64,000 bases of DNA from an uncultured Acidobacteriota bacterium (lineage in GTDB: Bacteria; Acidobacteriota; Thermoanaerobaculia; Multivoradales; JAHEKO01): NCBI GenBank assembly GCA_963713825.1, contig CAVQNG010000005.1:227503-291502 (forward strand), in the 5' to 3' direction. Below the pieces are notes generated by a model, which ran no database searches, was not told the DNA's origin, and was given only the letters and a program-made list of their open reading frames with translations. The position numbers and the translations under genes are program-made. Numbering within the stretch: position 1 is the first letter of the stretch; each line of letters begins with the position of its first letter. Shown here piece after piece: positions 46,442 through 56,905 of this stretch.

Positions 46442-48375
46442 ATTACGGCGCTCTCAGCCGAGCCTCACGGGGACGATGGGGTGCTCACCGTTGGCTCATA
46501 GCGGCCGTCGTCGTTCAGGTGCTGGCCTGTTCTGGTGCTCTGTGGAGCCAAGAACCCGATGCCTTCGATGCCCTGATCGAGGTCCCGGTACCGGCCCTGG
46601 ACAAGTTCGAACAGGCGATCCAGGACCAGTTGCTGGAGCAGCGGGCCAGCCTCGACGGGCTCGTCTCCAGAACCGACGTGCCACGCCTGGAGCTGATGGA
46701 GTCCTTCGGCAAGACAGGGCAGCTGTACTTCCTCTATGAGGTCTACGAAGCCGCGCAGGCCTGTTTCATCAATGCGCGGACGCTCGCTCCCAGAGACTTC
46801 CGTTGGCACTACTACATAGGCGTCGTCTACAGCCGCCAGGGTGAGGCCGCGAAGGCTATCGACAGCCTCGAGCAGGCGGTTCCTCTGCGCCCTCAGAGTA
46901 TCCCTGCTCACATGCGCCTGGGCCTCCTCGAGTTCGATCACGGTGACCTCGACAGAGCAGAACAGGAGTTTCTCGCCGCGCTCGAGATCAAGTCCGATCT
47001 CGCAGCTGCTCACCACGGCCTTGGAATGGTCGCCCTCCGGCGTGGCGACCCGCAAATGGCGATCCAGCACCTCGAAAGGGCTCTGGAGCTGCAGCCGAAA
47101 GCAACGACCATTCATCAGCAGCTCGGTCTGGCCTATCGCGAGCTGGGAGATCTCGATCGGGCGCGCTATCACCTGCAACTCAACGAGCACGACCCGGTGA
47201 TGTTCCCCGATCCACTCGTCTTTCGTCTGTCTGGCCTGATTCAGGGCAGCCGGTTCTACATCAAGCTGGGTAACGAAGCTCTCAAGGCAGGGCGACTCGG
47301 ACAGGCGATCGACGACTTCAGCGAGGCGGTAGCCAGGGATCCCGAGGAGAAGCTCGCCCAATACAATCTCGGTCAGGCCCTGCTGCAAGCCCAACGCTTC
47401 GACGAAGCGATCCAGCACTTTGAACGAGCGCTCGACATCGATCCGGACTTTCGCGACGCTCACTACAATCTGGGTACAACGCTCAGCGAGCTCGAGCGCT
47501 TCGAAGAATCCGCGGCCCACTTCCAAAGAGCCCGCGAGATCGATCCCCAGGATCGGGAGGCGCGTTTGCAGTGGGCCATGGCAATGGGCCGGGCCGGAAA
47601 GGCTCGGGAGGCGGTCGAAGAGCTACAGGCACTGCGCGCCGAGAATCCTGACGATGCCGGAGTCGCCCTGAGCCTGGCGGCCATTCTGGGGCCCGTGGGG
47701 CAGGTCGATGCGGCCCGCGCAGAGTTGGACCGGGCCCTGTCCATCTCCCGCGAACCGGCGCTCGAGGCCGAGGCGCATTTCCAGCTCGGTCTACTGGACC
47801 AGGGTGAAGGAGCAACAGCGTCGGCGATCGATCACTTCCTGACCGCTGGCGAGCTCAATCCGAAGTTGAGCGCTGCCAACACCGCCGCCGGTGCGCTACA
47901 GGCCCAGCAAGGGGCCTTCGAGGCGGCCGCCGAGAGTTTCGAGCGGGTGGTCGAAGTCGATGCAACGAATGAGATAGCCCGATTCAGCAGGGCCATGGCC
48001 CTGCTGCTGGCAGGCAACTACCAGCTGGCGACCGACGAACTGGAAGAGGATCTCGAGATTCTGCCGCAGAGCCTTCCCCTGCGGCATCTGTTGGCCCGCC
48101 TGCTGGCCACGGTCCCGGACGAGTCAGTTCGTGATGGAGATCGAGCCCTGGTATTGGCGAAGGAGGTCTTCGGACTGGCTGTCAGCGCCGACCACGCCGA
48201 AACCCTGGCGATGGCCTGGGCGGAATCGGGCGATTTCGACACCGCCATCCAGTGGCAGGAGAGGGCTCTGGAGCTGTTGCCTGAAGGCGGAGGCCCCGGA
48301 CAGGCCTCTGCAGCGCGCCTCCGCCTGGAGCAGTACCAGAGCGGGCAAGCCTGCAGGGAGCCGTGGAAGGACTGA
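46438..48375 (+). CDS. secreted TPR-repeat protein
   Basis: Signal/lipobox (VLACSG) and at least 12 TPRs. The GTG start overlaps the stop of the upstream CRTAC1 gene. Confidence 0.75.
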   Translation: MNYGALSRASRGRWGAHRWLIAAVVVQVLACSGALWSQEPDAFDALIEVPVPALDKFEQAIQDQLLEQRASLDGLVSRTDVPRLELMESFGKTGQLYFLYEVYEAAQACFINARTLAPRDFRWHYYIGVVYSRQGEAAKAIDSLEQAVPLRPQSIPAHMRLGLLEFDHGDLDRAEQEFLAALEIKSDLAAAHHGLGMVALRRGDPQMAIQHLERALELQPKATTIHQQLGLAYRELGDLDRARYHLQLNEHDPVMFPDPLVFRLSGLIQGSRFYIKLGNEALKAGRLGQAIDDFSEAVARDPEEKLAQYNLGQALLQAQRFDEAIQHFERALDIDPDFRDAHYNLGTTLSELERFEESAAHFQRAREIDPQDREARLQWAMAMGRAGKAREAVEELQALRAENPDDAGVALSLAAILGPVGQVDAARAELDRALSISREPALEAEAHFQLGLLDQGEGATASAIDHFLTAGELNPKLSAANTAAGALQAQQGAFEAAAESFERVVEVDATNEIARFSRAMALLLAGNYQLATDELEEDLEILPQSLPLRHLLARLLATVPDESVRDGDRALVLAKEVFGLAVSADHAETLAMAWAESGDFDTAIQWQERALELLPEGGGPGQASAARLRLEQYQSGQACREPWKD

Positions 48376-48384
48376 TGTCCAGCC

Positions 48385-50013
48385 TCAGTCGGTTGTCGGC
48401 TCGCTCAGCGCCGCCAGGTTCTTGGCGGCGAGCGGATCGTCGGGCTGCAGCATCAGAACCTGCTCCAGGAGGAGCTTGGCCTCTTCGTTCTCGTCTTTGG
48501 CCATCAACAGCACCGCGAGGTCGTTCATGGCAGCGGTGTGCTGCGGTGCCATGGTGATGGTCTTGCGTAGATCTTCCTCGGCCGGGCCACTCAGTCCGAT
48601 GTCGAGCCGAACCACCCCTCGCATGTAGTAGGAATCGGCGATGTCGGGGGCCAGCTGCACTGCGGATTCCGCGACATCCAGGGCTTCCTGGAGGCGGCCC
48701 ATCTCCGACAGCAGTCGCGCTTCGAAAAGCATGGGCCGGGGGTCCCCTGGTGCCAGGATTGCCTCTTGTCGCACAGTTCTCAGAGCGGCCTCGCGGTTGC
48801 CACCGCTCGACAGGTGCATGGCCCAGCGCAATCGAGCCCCGGTGGGGTCGTTGGCCAGCGTGCCCAGCGACAGAGCGGCACCTTCCGGGTCGGTACCTCT
48901 GAGAATCTGGCTGACCTGAAGCGCCGTTCGACTCTCCTCGTCCCGTCCCTCCGCCGCCAGCGCTGCGCTCAACCACTCCCAGGCTTCCGGATTGCTGGGA
49001 TCGACAGCCGTCGCATATTCGAGAGGCGGCAGGGCATCGGAGCTCCGTCCCGCCTGGCTCAGCATCTGGCCGTAGTCCGCGGTGACCTCGGCCGCCAGAA
49101 TCCGGTCGGAGTCCGGTGAGTCTGGTCCGATGCTGGATTGGAGGCTCTCGGCTACCGGTTGCAACGTCTGAATTGCTGCGTCTTGCTGCCCCATCGCGGC
49201 CTGGGCACGGGCTTGAAGTCGTACGAGGTCGGGATCGGTGCCGGCTTTTCCTTCGAGTGCCTGGAGCGCGGATTCAGGCTGACCCACCAAGAGATAGCTC
49301 TCTGCCAGGACACTCAGCACCTGGGGCTCGAGGCCGTCTGGCGGACTTTCCGACAGCGGCTGGATCACGGCGAGAGCACCCCAGCCATCCTCGTTCAGCA
49401 GCCCGACACGACCGCGGAGAATATTGGCGGCCGGCAGATCCAGGGGCAGGGTCATCAGCACGTCTTCGGCATCGGAGGCCCGCCCGAGAGCCACTGCACA
49501 GGAGGTTGCGGCAAGCAGGGCACCGGTATCCTCGGGGTGAAGCCTGCTCCATGGGCGCAGGAGCAGGAAGGCGTCCATCAGGTTGCCTTGGCGCAGCCGG
49601 ACGAATCCCAATTCCCGAGCGGCAGGGCTGACCGGCGTCATCGCTAGCGATCGCTCCAGATATCCCTTCGCCTTGTCGAGATCACCCACTCCAGCCGCCG
49701 CACGTCCGGCGTTGTAAAGCACTGCAGGCTCGGCCTCTGGTGAGTCGGCCAGGGGCGTCAGAATGGTCACGGCATCGGCGGCTCGGTCAGCTTCGAGATA
49801 GAGCGCCCCAAGGGTTTGCGAGACTCGGGAGTCCTTCTCACCCTGGGCAAGGGCCTCTTCCAGCTCGGTGATCGCTGGGTCGAGCTCACCCGATTCGAGA
49901 TGTTTCAACACCCGATTGAGAGTCTCGTCGGCCGCGGTCGGTTCCTGCTGGCCAGCCGCGGCAAGCGGTAGAAGAACAAGCAGTAGCAGTGAGAGGTGGA
50001 TCGAATGTCTCAT
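48385..50013 (-). CDS. secreted TPR-repeat protein
   Basis: Signal peptide MRHSIHLSLLLLVLLPLAAAGQQ. TPRs throughout; 542 aa. Confidence 0.75.
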   Translation of the reverse strand: MRHSIHLSLLLLVLLPLAAAGQQEPTAADETLNRVLKHLESGELDPAITELEEALAQGEKDSRVSQTLGALYLEADRAADAVTILTPLADSPEAEPAVLYNAGRAAAGVGDLDKAKGYLERSLAMTPVSPAARELGFVRLRQGNLMDAFLLLRPWSRLHPEDTGALLAATSCAVALGRASDAEDVLMTLPLDLPAANILRGRVGLLNEDGWGALAVIQPLSESPPDGLEPQVLSVLAESYLLVGQPESALQALEGKAGTDPDLVRLQARAQAAMGQQDAAIQTLQPVAESLQSSIGPDSPDSDRILAAEVTADYGQMLSQAGRSSDALPPLEYATAVDPSNPEAWEWLSAALAAEGRDEESRTALQVSQILRGTDPEGAALSLGTLANDPTGARLRWAMHLSSGGNREAALRTVRQEAILAPGDPRPMLFEARLLSEMGRLQEALDVAESAVQLAPDIADSYYMRGVVRLDIGLSGPAEEDLRKTITMAPQHTAAMNDLAVLLMAKDENEEAKLLLEQVLMLQPDDPLAAKNLAALSEPTTD

Positions 50014-50191
50014 AGTCGTCTCGATTCTGGTTGGGAAGGGTCACCCGTTCGCGCCAGGCAATACGGGTTAGAATTACGGTCGGAGCGGAAGTATGGACCG
50101 AACTGCTCGCACGATTGAGCGGTCAAGGAGTTCTTTTAGCCGCACTTCCCACAGTATATACAAGTGTCGACAACCTCCAGGAAGCTCGAAG

Positions 50192-51358
50192 ATGACCAGG
50201 AATCTCTTGCATGGATCGGCCCCAGGGTCCGCCCTGGCTTCTGGCAATAGACCTCGACGGCTCCTCGTCCCATTTCTGGCAGGCGTGCTGGTGGCGCCAT
50301 TGTTCGGGCCGGCCATAGCTTCGACTCAGGCAGCAGCCTCGTCCGATGCCCAGAGCTCGATGCAAGCGGAGCTCGAGGTACGTCGGCGCTTGATGGCGCA
50401 TCCCGAGCAGCCGGAGATCTATCTCGAACTGGCGGATCTGCAGGTCTCCCGAGGGGCTGAGGAGGAGGCGTTGGCGACGCTGGTGAGCAGTAGCAACCGT
50501 TTCCTGGGCGCGGACGAGCCCAAGAAGGCGGTCCTGGTGCTGAACAAAGCCGCCGAAATGCGTCCGGACGATGCCGAGCTGCAGTTTCTCCTGGGCAAGG
50601 CCCACACTCAGAATCGTGACTTCGAAGCCGCCGAGGCGCCGCTGCGTCGGTCCATCGAGCTGGGCTCGGAGGACCCCTCGGTCCTGGTCTATCTCGGTGC
50701 CATCCTCTGGGAGAGTGGCCGCATGGCGGAAGCCGAGCCGGTCTACCGGCAAGCGATCGAAGCCACGGACCGAGCCTTCATGCCACTGTCACAGTTGGGC
50801 CGGCTGCTCCTATGGCAAGGCCAGTTCGAAGATGCAGCACAGTTGCTGCAGGAGGCGGCCCAGAAGAACCCCCGAGATGTGGGCACGCTCTTCGATCTAG
50901 CCGAGGCTCTGCGAGGCTCGAACCAGGCCGAAGAGGCCATTGCTACTTATCGCCGCGTGGTTCTTCTCGCTCCCAAGCTGAACAAGGCGCACTACGGACT
51001 GGCGATGTTGCTGGCCCGTCAGGGCGATCGTGAGGGCAGCAAAGCGGAGTTCGAGATCTACAACCAGCTCATTCTTGCCGCAGAGGAAGGCAACCGGATG
51101 GCCGAGATCGAAGAAGGTGAGGTCGATCGGGCCGGATTGATGCTGCGACAGGGACAAGTCGAGGCGGCCATCGCCCATCTCGAGAGTCTCGAAGAGACTG
51201 TCGAAGTGGATCTGGCGAAAGCACAGGCCTACCGGGCCGCAGGCAGGCTGGACGATGCGGTGGAGAGCCTGCAGCGCGCCGTTGCCTTCGATCCCAGCCG
51301 TCAGGATGTGCGCCAGATGTTGGCCAGCATTCGCATGGAAATGGCCCAGGGCCAATGA
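50192..51358 (+). CDS. secreted TPR-repeat protein
   Basis: Signal peptide, then TPRs (LGKAHTQNRDFEAAEAPLRRSIELGSEDP...). The ORF opens at 50093. The stop overlaps the start of the downstream CRTAC1 gene (ATGA). Confidence 0.75.
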   Translation: MTRNLLHGSAPGSALASGNRPRRLLVPFLAGVLVAPLFGPAIASTQAAASSDAQSSMQAELEVRRRLMAHPEQPEIYLELADLQVSRGAEEEALATLVSSSNRFLGADEPKKAVLVLNKAAEMRPDDAELQFLLGKAHTQNRDFEAAEAPLRRSIELGSEDPSVLVYLGAILWESGRMAEAEPVYRQAIEATDRAFMPLSQLGRLLLWQGQFEDAAQLLQEAAQKNPRDVGTLFDLAEALRGSNQAEEAIATYRRVVLLAPKLNKAHYGLAMLLARQGDREGSKAEFEIYNQLILAAEEGNRMAEIEEGEVDRAGLMLRQGQVEAAIAHLESLEETVEVDLAKAQAYRAAGRLDDAVESLQRAVAFDPSRQDVRQMLASIRMEMAQGQ

Positions 51359-53040
51359 GAAAGCCGACCTCCAGGCGCCCTTGGTCGTGGCTCGGCCTGA
51401 CCTTGGCTGGTCTGCTGCTCGGCTCGGCGGTGACGGCCGTCGCCCAACAGGACTCGTGCCGTGGGACCGCGATGGCCGAGGCGGCAGAGGACGTCGGCAT
51501 CCACTTCGTGCACGCTCGGGGCGAGACGGGGAACTTCTACAACCCCGAGACGATGGGCTCCGGACTAGCCTGGTTCGACTACGACGGTGATGGTTGGTTG
51601 GACTGCTATCTCGTCCAGTCGGGCCCCTTTCCTCCGACCGCGGAGGGCAGCGACGCGGCCACCAACCAGATGTTTCGCAACACCGGCGACGGGCGCTTCG
51701 AGAACGTCACTGGGCGCACGGGCTCCGGCGAGCGGAGCTATGGACAGGGAGTCCTCGGTGCCGACTTCGACGGTGATCGGATGCCGGATATCTTCCTCGC
51801 CAACTGGGGCGTCGATCGCTTGCTGATGAATCGTGGTGATGGGACTTTCGAAGACCGCACGGCCGAGTCGGGTGTGGATGTCGAGGGCGCCAACGGTTGG
51901 AGCTCCGGTGCGGCTCTCGGCGACGCCGATCGGGACGGCGATCTGGATCTCTATCTGGTGATCTATGTGGAGCACGATCCCGAGCACGAGCCCTTTTGCC
52001 TCCACCCCTCGACAGGTGAGCGTTGGTACTGTGGTCCGTCACCATTCGAGCCCAAGATGGACATCTTCTTCCGCAACCAGGGTGGTGCGGTGTTCAAGGA
52101 CGAGACTCTGGAGGCGGGCTTCGAGACTGCCAACGGCAAGGGGCTGGGTGTGCTGTTCGTCGATCTCAATGGCGACAACTGGCCCGATGTCTACGTTGCC
52201 AACGACATGACCTTCAACCTTCTGTTCGTCAACAAAGGTGATGGAACCTTCGAGGACCTGTCGTTGATGTCGGGGGTGGCGGTGAGCCGTGACGGGATGC
52301 CCGAGGCGGGAATGGGAGTGGCGATCGGCGATGTGGATGGCGACGGTGATGCCGACATGGCGGTGGCCAACTTCGACGTCCAGACCAACACCCTCTACAC
52401 CAATCAGGGGGACCTCTTCTTCGAAGATACCTCCGCTGCCAGCGGTTTCGGCGCCGCTTCGTTCAACTACGTCGGGTTCGGCCTCGTCATGGCCGACTTC
52501 AACCGTGACGGCCATATGGACTTCTTCAACGGTACCGGGCACACCGTCGAGATCTCGCCACGCGCCAACGTCTTCTACGAGCAGCCGGATGTCCTGCTGC
52601 TCGGCGACGGCAAAGGAAATTTCGCCGAGCCCGACTGCCCGCTGCCGAATAAGCTCCCCTCGGTCTCGCGTGGCGTGGCCTACGCCGACTATGACAACGA
52701 CGGCGACCCGGACATCGGAATCCAACGCAGCGGCCGGGCCTTTTCCCTGCTTCGCAACGACACGCAGGCCGGCAGCTGGCTGGGTCTGCGTCTGTGGAGT
52801 AACACGGCCAACAGCGAAGGTGTTGGCGCGGTGGCAACACTCACAACGAGCCAGGGCGTTCAGAAACGCTGGGTGATCGCCGGCAGCAGCTACCAGTCCT
52901 CGTCGGACATCCGCGTCCTCTTCGGCTTCGACGAGAAGGCGGAGATTCACGAAGTCGAGATCCTCTGGCAATCCGGTAAGGTGCAGCGGATTCTTCAACC
53001 TCCTCTCGAGAGTTATCTCACGGTGCGGGAGCCCCTGTGA
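51355..53040 (+). CDS. CRTAC1-family protein (FG-GAP plus ASPIC/UnbV), paralog 2
   Basis: Signal peptide; FG-GAP repeats (FDYDGDGWLDCYL, ADFDGDRMPDIFLANWG, GDADRDGDLDLYLV, ...); C-terminal UnbV/ASPIC domain (SWLGLRLWS...EVEILWQSGKVQR). Confidence 0.85.
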   Translation: MRKPTSRRPWSWLGLTLAGLLLGSAVTAVAQQDSCRGTAMAEAAEDVGIHFVHARGETGNFYNPETMGSGLAWFDYDGDGWLDCYLVQSGPFPPTAEGSDAATNQMFRNTGDGRFENVTGRTGSGERSYGQGVLGADFDGDRMPDIFLANWGVDRLLMNRGDGTFEDRTAESGVDVEGANGWSSGAALGDADRDGDLDLYLVIYVEHDPEHEPFCLHPSTGERWYCGPSPFEPKMDIFFRNQGGAVFKDETLEAGFETANGKGLGVLFVDLNGDNWPDVYVANDMTFNLLFVNKGDGTFEDLSLMSGVAVSRDGMPEAGMGVAIGDVDGDGDADMAVANFDVQTNTLYTNQGDLFFEDTSAASGFGAASFNYVGFGLVMADFNRDGHMDFFNGTGHTVEISPRANVFYEQPDVLLLGDGKGNFAEPDCPLPNKLPSVSRGVAYADYDNDGDPDIGIQRSGRAFSLLRNDTQAGSWLGLRLWSNTANSEGVGAVATLTTSQGVQKRWVIAGSSYQSSSDIRVLFGFDEKAEIHEVEILWQSGKVQRILQPPLESYLTVREPL

Positions 53041-53049
53041 GTCGTGGGA

Positions 53050-55059
53050 ATGACCATGCATAGACGAATCGAAATCTCATTCACCAATCGAGCTGGTTTG
53101 CTGGCTCTCGCTGTCCTGGGGCTCGCCTTGGGCCTGACGTCGTCCGCTGCCGCTCAGCTACCCGATCTGTTGCCGATACCAGATGTCGAGCTCACCGAAG
53201 ACGTGGAATCCGGTGTGCAGGAGGTCTTTCCGCAACTGCGTCAGGCGATCGATCAGCTGGAGGCGAACAGTGGCACGACCGCGTCTCAGCTTGCCGAGGC
53301 CTATGGTGAGCTGGGTCGCGCGGCCCTCTACTATGAGACATCGGCGGTGATCGAGCCGGCGCTGAAGAATGCGCAGCGACTGGATCCCGAGGACTCCCGT
53401 TGGCCCTACTATCTGGGTGCCTACTACCAGGATCAGCGGCGACTCGAAGAGGCCACGGATCAGCTGGTGATAGCACATCAGCTGCAACCAGACAACGCGG
53501 CGATCAATGTACGCCTCGGGCAGCTGGCCTTGCTGTCGGATCGGCCGGAGCAGGCGCCAGAGTACTTCGAGAAGGCGACGGGCAGCGACGGTTTCGCGGC
53601 CCTGGCGCTGTATGGTCTGGGGCGGAGCGCCGGTCTGCGGGGTGACGACGCGGCCGCCCTGGAGCTCTACAAAGCGGCCCTGGAGCTGCAGCCTGAAGCG
53701 GCCGAGATCCATCAACAGATGGGACTCGCCTATCGCAAGCTGGGTGACATGGACGCGGCGCGGGAGCACCTGTCAAAGCAGGCTTCGGGCAGCCTCTCTT
53801 TCCCGGACCCCTTGATGGACTCGTTGAAAAGCGATTTTTCGCGCAGTCATCTCTTTGCCGGTCTCGAGGCCCAATCCACAGGTCGTTGGGAGGCGGCCGT
53901 TGCCGAGTACCGCAAGGCGGTGAATGAGGATCCGACCAATGGTGTCAACCACCAGATTCTGGCCGACGCTCTGGAGAAGAGTGGCGATCTGGATTCAGCC
54001 ATCGAAGAGTTTCGGCTGGCTGCCTCCTTGCTGCCGAGTGATGGGATGGTCCGTGTGCAGCTGGCGAAGGCTCTGGTCACTAGAGATGGCGTCAGCGACG
54101 AGGCGATCGATATGTTCCGTCGAGCGGTCGAACTGACTCCGGGCCTCGTGGAGGCGAGAAGGGGACTGGCATCCGTTCTGCTGCACCAGCAACGCTACGA
54201 GGAGGCGCTCGAGCACCTCGATGCGACCCTCGAGATCGATTCGACTGATCCTGGAGCCAGATTGATGCGCGCTCGAGCCCTGGCTGCAGTGGGCAGAGAG
54301 ACCGAGGCCAAGTTGGACCTCGAGTCGATCGTCGCGGCACAACCGGAAGCGCTCGAAGCGACACTCGACTTAGCAGCGCTCGAGGCCCGTCAAGGCAAGT
54401 TCGGTGCCGCCATCACGAGGCTCGAAGGCCTCCTCGTAAGCGCCGACGACGACAACTCGAGAGCGATTCTGAATTTCGAGATCGGCGGGCTGAAGCAACT
54501 GGCCGGCGATGACGAGGCAGCGCTCCAATACTACGAGGCGGCAATCGAACAAGCGCCTGAGCTCAGGGACGCTCAGTTCAACCGGGCCGTCTCGCTGGGC
54601 CGACTCGGCAGGCAGGCAGAGGCGGAAGAGCAGCTGCGGCAGGTCCTCGAGATCGACCCGCAGGATGAGAAGAGCTACCTCGCATTGGCACAGACCTTGG
54701 CAGGCCGCGGGCAGTTCGCGGATTCTCGGCAAGTCCTACAGGATGGACTGGATGAGGTCGTGGAGAGCAAGCTGCTCATGGCTGCCATGGTGCAGTTGCT
54801 GCTCGCCAGCCCCGATCCGGAGACCCGTGACGCGGCGGCCGCGGTACCCTTGGCCACCCGACTGCACGAGATCGACCCGTCGGTCCAGAACGGTGCCATG
54901 GTCGCGGCGGCCCTCGGCGCGTCTGGCCGCTCTGCAGAGGCGGCGGAGTGGCAGGCCAGAGTTCTGCGCCAGGCCGAAGCGGCTGGTTGGCCCCAGGAAC
55001 AGCTGCAGCGCATGCGATCCGACCTGGCGCTGTACCGGCAGCGGGCCGGGGGAGGCTGA
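53050..55059 (+). CDS. secreted TPR-repeat protein
   Basis: Signal peptide; at least 12 TPRs; about 670 aa. The stop (TGA) shares its last base with the ATG of the downstream CRTAC1 gene (TGATG). Confidence 0.75.
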   Translation: MTMHRRIEISFTNRAGLLALAVLGLALGLTSSAAAQLPDLLPIPDVELTEDVESGVQEVFPQLRQAIDQLEANSGTTASQLAEAYGELGRAALYYETSAVIEPALKNAQRLDPEDSRWPYYLGAYYQDQRRLEEATDQLVIAHQLQPDNAAINVRLGQLALLSDRPEQAPEYFEKATGSDGFAALALYGLGRSAGLRGDDAAALELYKAALELQPEAAEIHQQMGLAYRKLGDMDAAREHLSKQASGSLSFPDPLMDSLKSDFSRSHLFAGLEAQSTGRWEAAVAEYRKAVNEDPTNGVNHQILADALEKSGDLDSAIEEFRLAASLLPSDGMVRVQLAKALVTRDGVSDEAIDMFRRAVELTPGLVEARRGLASVLLHQQRYEEALEHLDATLEIDSTDPGARLMRARALAAVGRETEAKLDLESIVAAQPEALEATLDLAALEARQGKFGAAITRLEGLLVSADDDNSRAILNFEIGGLKQLAGDDEAALQYYEAAIEQAPELRDAQFNRAVSLGRLGRQAEAEEQLRQVLEIDPQDEKSYLALAQTLAGRGQFADSRQVLQDGLDEVVESKLLMAAMVQLLLASPDPETRDAAAAVPLATRLHEIDPSVQNGAMVAAALGASGRSAEAAEWQARVLRQAEAAGWPQEQLQRMRSDLALYRQRAGGG

Positions 55060-56867
55060 TGAGCCCGCAGAGAGGCGCTCGGGAGGTGTCGACCTGGCGC
55101 ATTGCCATCAGGCGTTGGCGCCTGCTGAGACTCACCCTGCTCGCCTGTTTCGCCTTGGTGCCTCTGGAGCATCTTCACGCCCAGACTCCGTCACCGGACG
55201 ATTCGACAGGAGATGCGAGTCCCGGTTTCATCTTCTCGGATGCAAGTCTTCCTGCCGGGTTTGATTTTCACCTGTTCAACGGTGCGTCGGGCGAGATCTA
55301 CTTCCTCGAGATCATGGGTTCGGGGGGCGGATTGATCGACTTCGACGCCGATGGGGATCTCGATCTCTACGCGGTGCAGGGCACGATGCTGGCGCCGGGC
55401 AAAGGCGTCGAAGACGCCGAGATTCCCCCGCAGCATCCAATCCCCTTGACCGACCGGCTGTATCGCAATGACCTGGAGGTCGATCCCCAGGGGCGTCGGT
55501 CGCTGCACTTCACCGACGTGACGGAGAAAGCGGGCCTGACTCGATCCGAGTACGGCTTTGGTGTGGCGACCGGGGACTACGACAACGATGGCTGGACCGA
55601 CCTCTATGTGACGAACTTCGGCTCGAATCAGCTGCTTCGCAACAATGGGGACGGCACGTTCGCCGATGTCACCGAGGTTTCGGGAAGCGATGACAAGGGT
55701 TGGAGTGTCAGCGCCAGCTTTGTGGACTTCGATCGCGATGGGTGGCTGGATCTCTACGTCACGAACTATGTGGACTTCAGCGTCGAAAAGCGGCGCCACT
55801 GCCTGAACCCGATGGGCGCCGCCGACTACTGCGATCCGGATGCCTATCCTTCGGGTGATGATCGTTTGTTTCGCAATCGCGGCGATGGAACTTTCGAGGA
55901 TGTCTCGATCCAGGCCGGCATCCGAGTCGAGCCGAGGACAGGCCTGGGTGTCGCTTCGGCCGACTTCGACCTCGATGGCTGGCCCGATCTCTACGTCGCC
56001 AACGACGGCATGTCCAATCTGCTGTTCATGAACAATCGGGACGGCACCTTTCGTGACGACACCCTGCTGGCCGGTTGTGCGGTCAACTCGGAAGGCCAGC
56101 GAGAGGCTTCCATGGGCATCGATGTCGCCGATGTGGACAACGATGGCGACGAAGACATCTTTCTGACCCACTACGCGCGGGAGACCAATACTCTCTACAT
56201 CAACGACGGCACAGCGATGTTCGACGATGTGACGCAAGTCAGCGGCCTGGCGACACCGAGCTGGAATTTCACCAGCTTCGGGACCCACCTTTTCGACTAC
56301 GACAACGACGGTCTGCTCGACATCATGACGGTGAGCGGCGCCGTGACGATCTTCTCCAATGGCAGTCGGGAGAACCTGGCGCAGAGGAATCAACTGTTTC
56401 GCAACCTCGATGGCAGGCATTTCGAAGACATGAGCGACCAGGCAAGCGAAGCCTTCCTCCTGGAGGAGGTGAGCCGGGGCGCGGCCTTCGGCGACATCGA
56501 CAACGATGGGGACACCGACGTCGTGGTCTTCAACAACTCGGAGCCCTCCCGCCTGCTGGTCAACCAGGTTGGCTCCGATCGTCAATGGCTGGGACTTCGA
56601 CTGGTGGGGAAGGGCACGCCCCGCGACATGCAAGGGGCCTGGGTAGAGCTCAGGCAGCCGCCTGGGCCGACGCTATGGCGCCGCGTTCATACCGATGGCA
56701 GCTACGCCTCGGCGAGCGACCCTCGACTGCTCTTCGGGCTGGCCGACCGGACTTCGCCGGGCACGGCGCGAGTCTCCTGGCCGAGCGGTCTGGTCGAGGA
56801 GTTCACCGATCTGCCGGTGGGGCAGTACACGGAGTTGAAGGAAGGCACCGGTCGAGCCCTGGAGTAG
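55059..56867 (+). CDS. CRTAC1-family protein (FG-GAP plus ASPIC/UnbV), paralog 3
   Basis: Signal peptide. About 65% aa identity to paralog 1 over the propeller (GDYDNDGWTDLYVTNFGSNQLLRNNGDGTF...). C-terminal ASPIC/UnbV domain. The ORF opens at 54948 inside the upstream gene; ATG 55059 is the likely start. Confidence 0.85.
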   Translation: MSPQRGAREVSTWRIAIRRWRLLRLTLLACFALVPLEHLHAQTPSPDDSTGDASPGFIFSDASLPAGFDFHLFNGASGEIYFLEIMGSGGGLIDFDADGDLDLYAVQGTMLAPGKGVEDAEIPPQHPIPLTDRLYRNDLEVDPQGRRSLHFTDVTEKAGLTRSEYGFGVATGDYDNDGWTDLYVTNFGSNQLLRNNGDGTFADVTEVSGSDDKGWSVSASFVDFDRDGWLDLYVTNYVDFSVEKRRHCLNPMGAADYCDPDAYPSGDDRLFRNRGDGTFEDVSIQAGIRVEPRTGLGVASADFDLDGWPDLYVANDGMSNLLFMNNRDGTFRDDTLLAGCAVNSEGQREASMGIDVADVDNDGDEDIFLTHYARETNTLYINDGTAMFDDVTQVSGLATPSWNFTSFGTHLFDYDNDGLLDIMTVSGAVTIFSNGSRENLAQRNQLFRNLDGRHFEDMSDQASEAFLLEEVSRGAAFGDIDNDGDTDVVVFNNSEPSRLLVNQVGSDRQWLGLRLVGKGTPRDMQGAWVELRQPPGPTLWRRVHTDGSYASASDPRLLFGLADRTSPGTARVSWPSGLVEEFTDLPVGQYTELKEGTGRALE

Positions 56868-56905
56868 GTGGCCCCTCGCGCAGCTCGATCGGTCGGGAGG
56901 GTCGA

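Noticed and set aside
55191-56633. 480-aa minus-strand ORF antisense to CRTAC1 paralog 3
   Set aside because: The plus-strand frame has unmistakable FG-GAP repeats. The antisense ORF has none.
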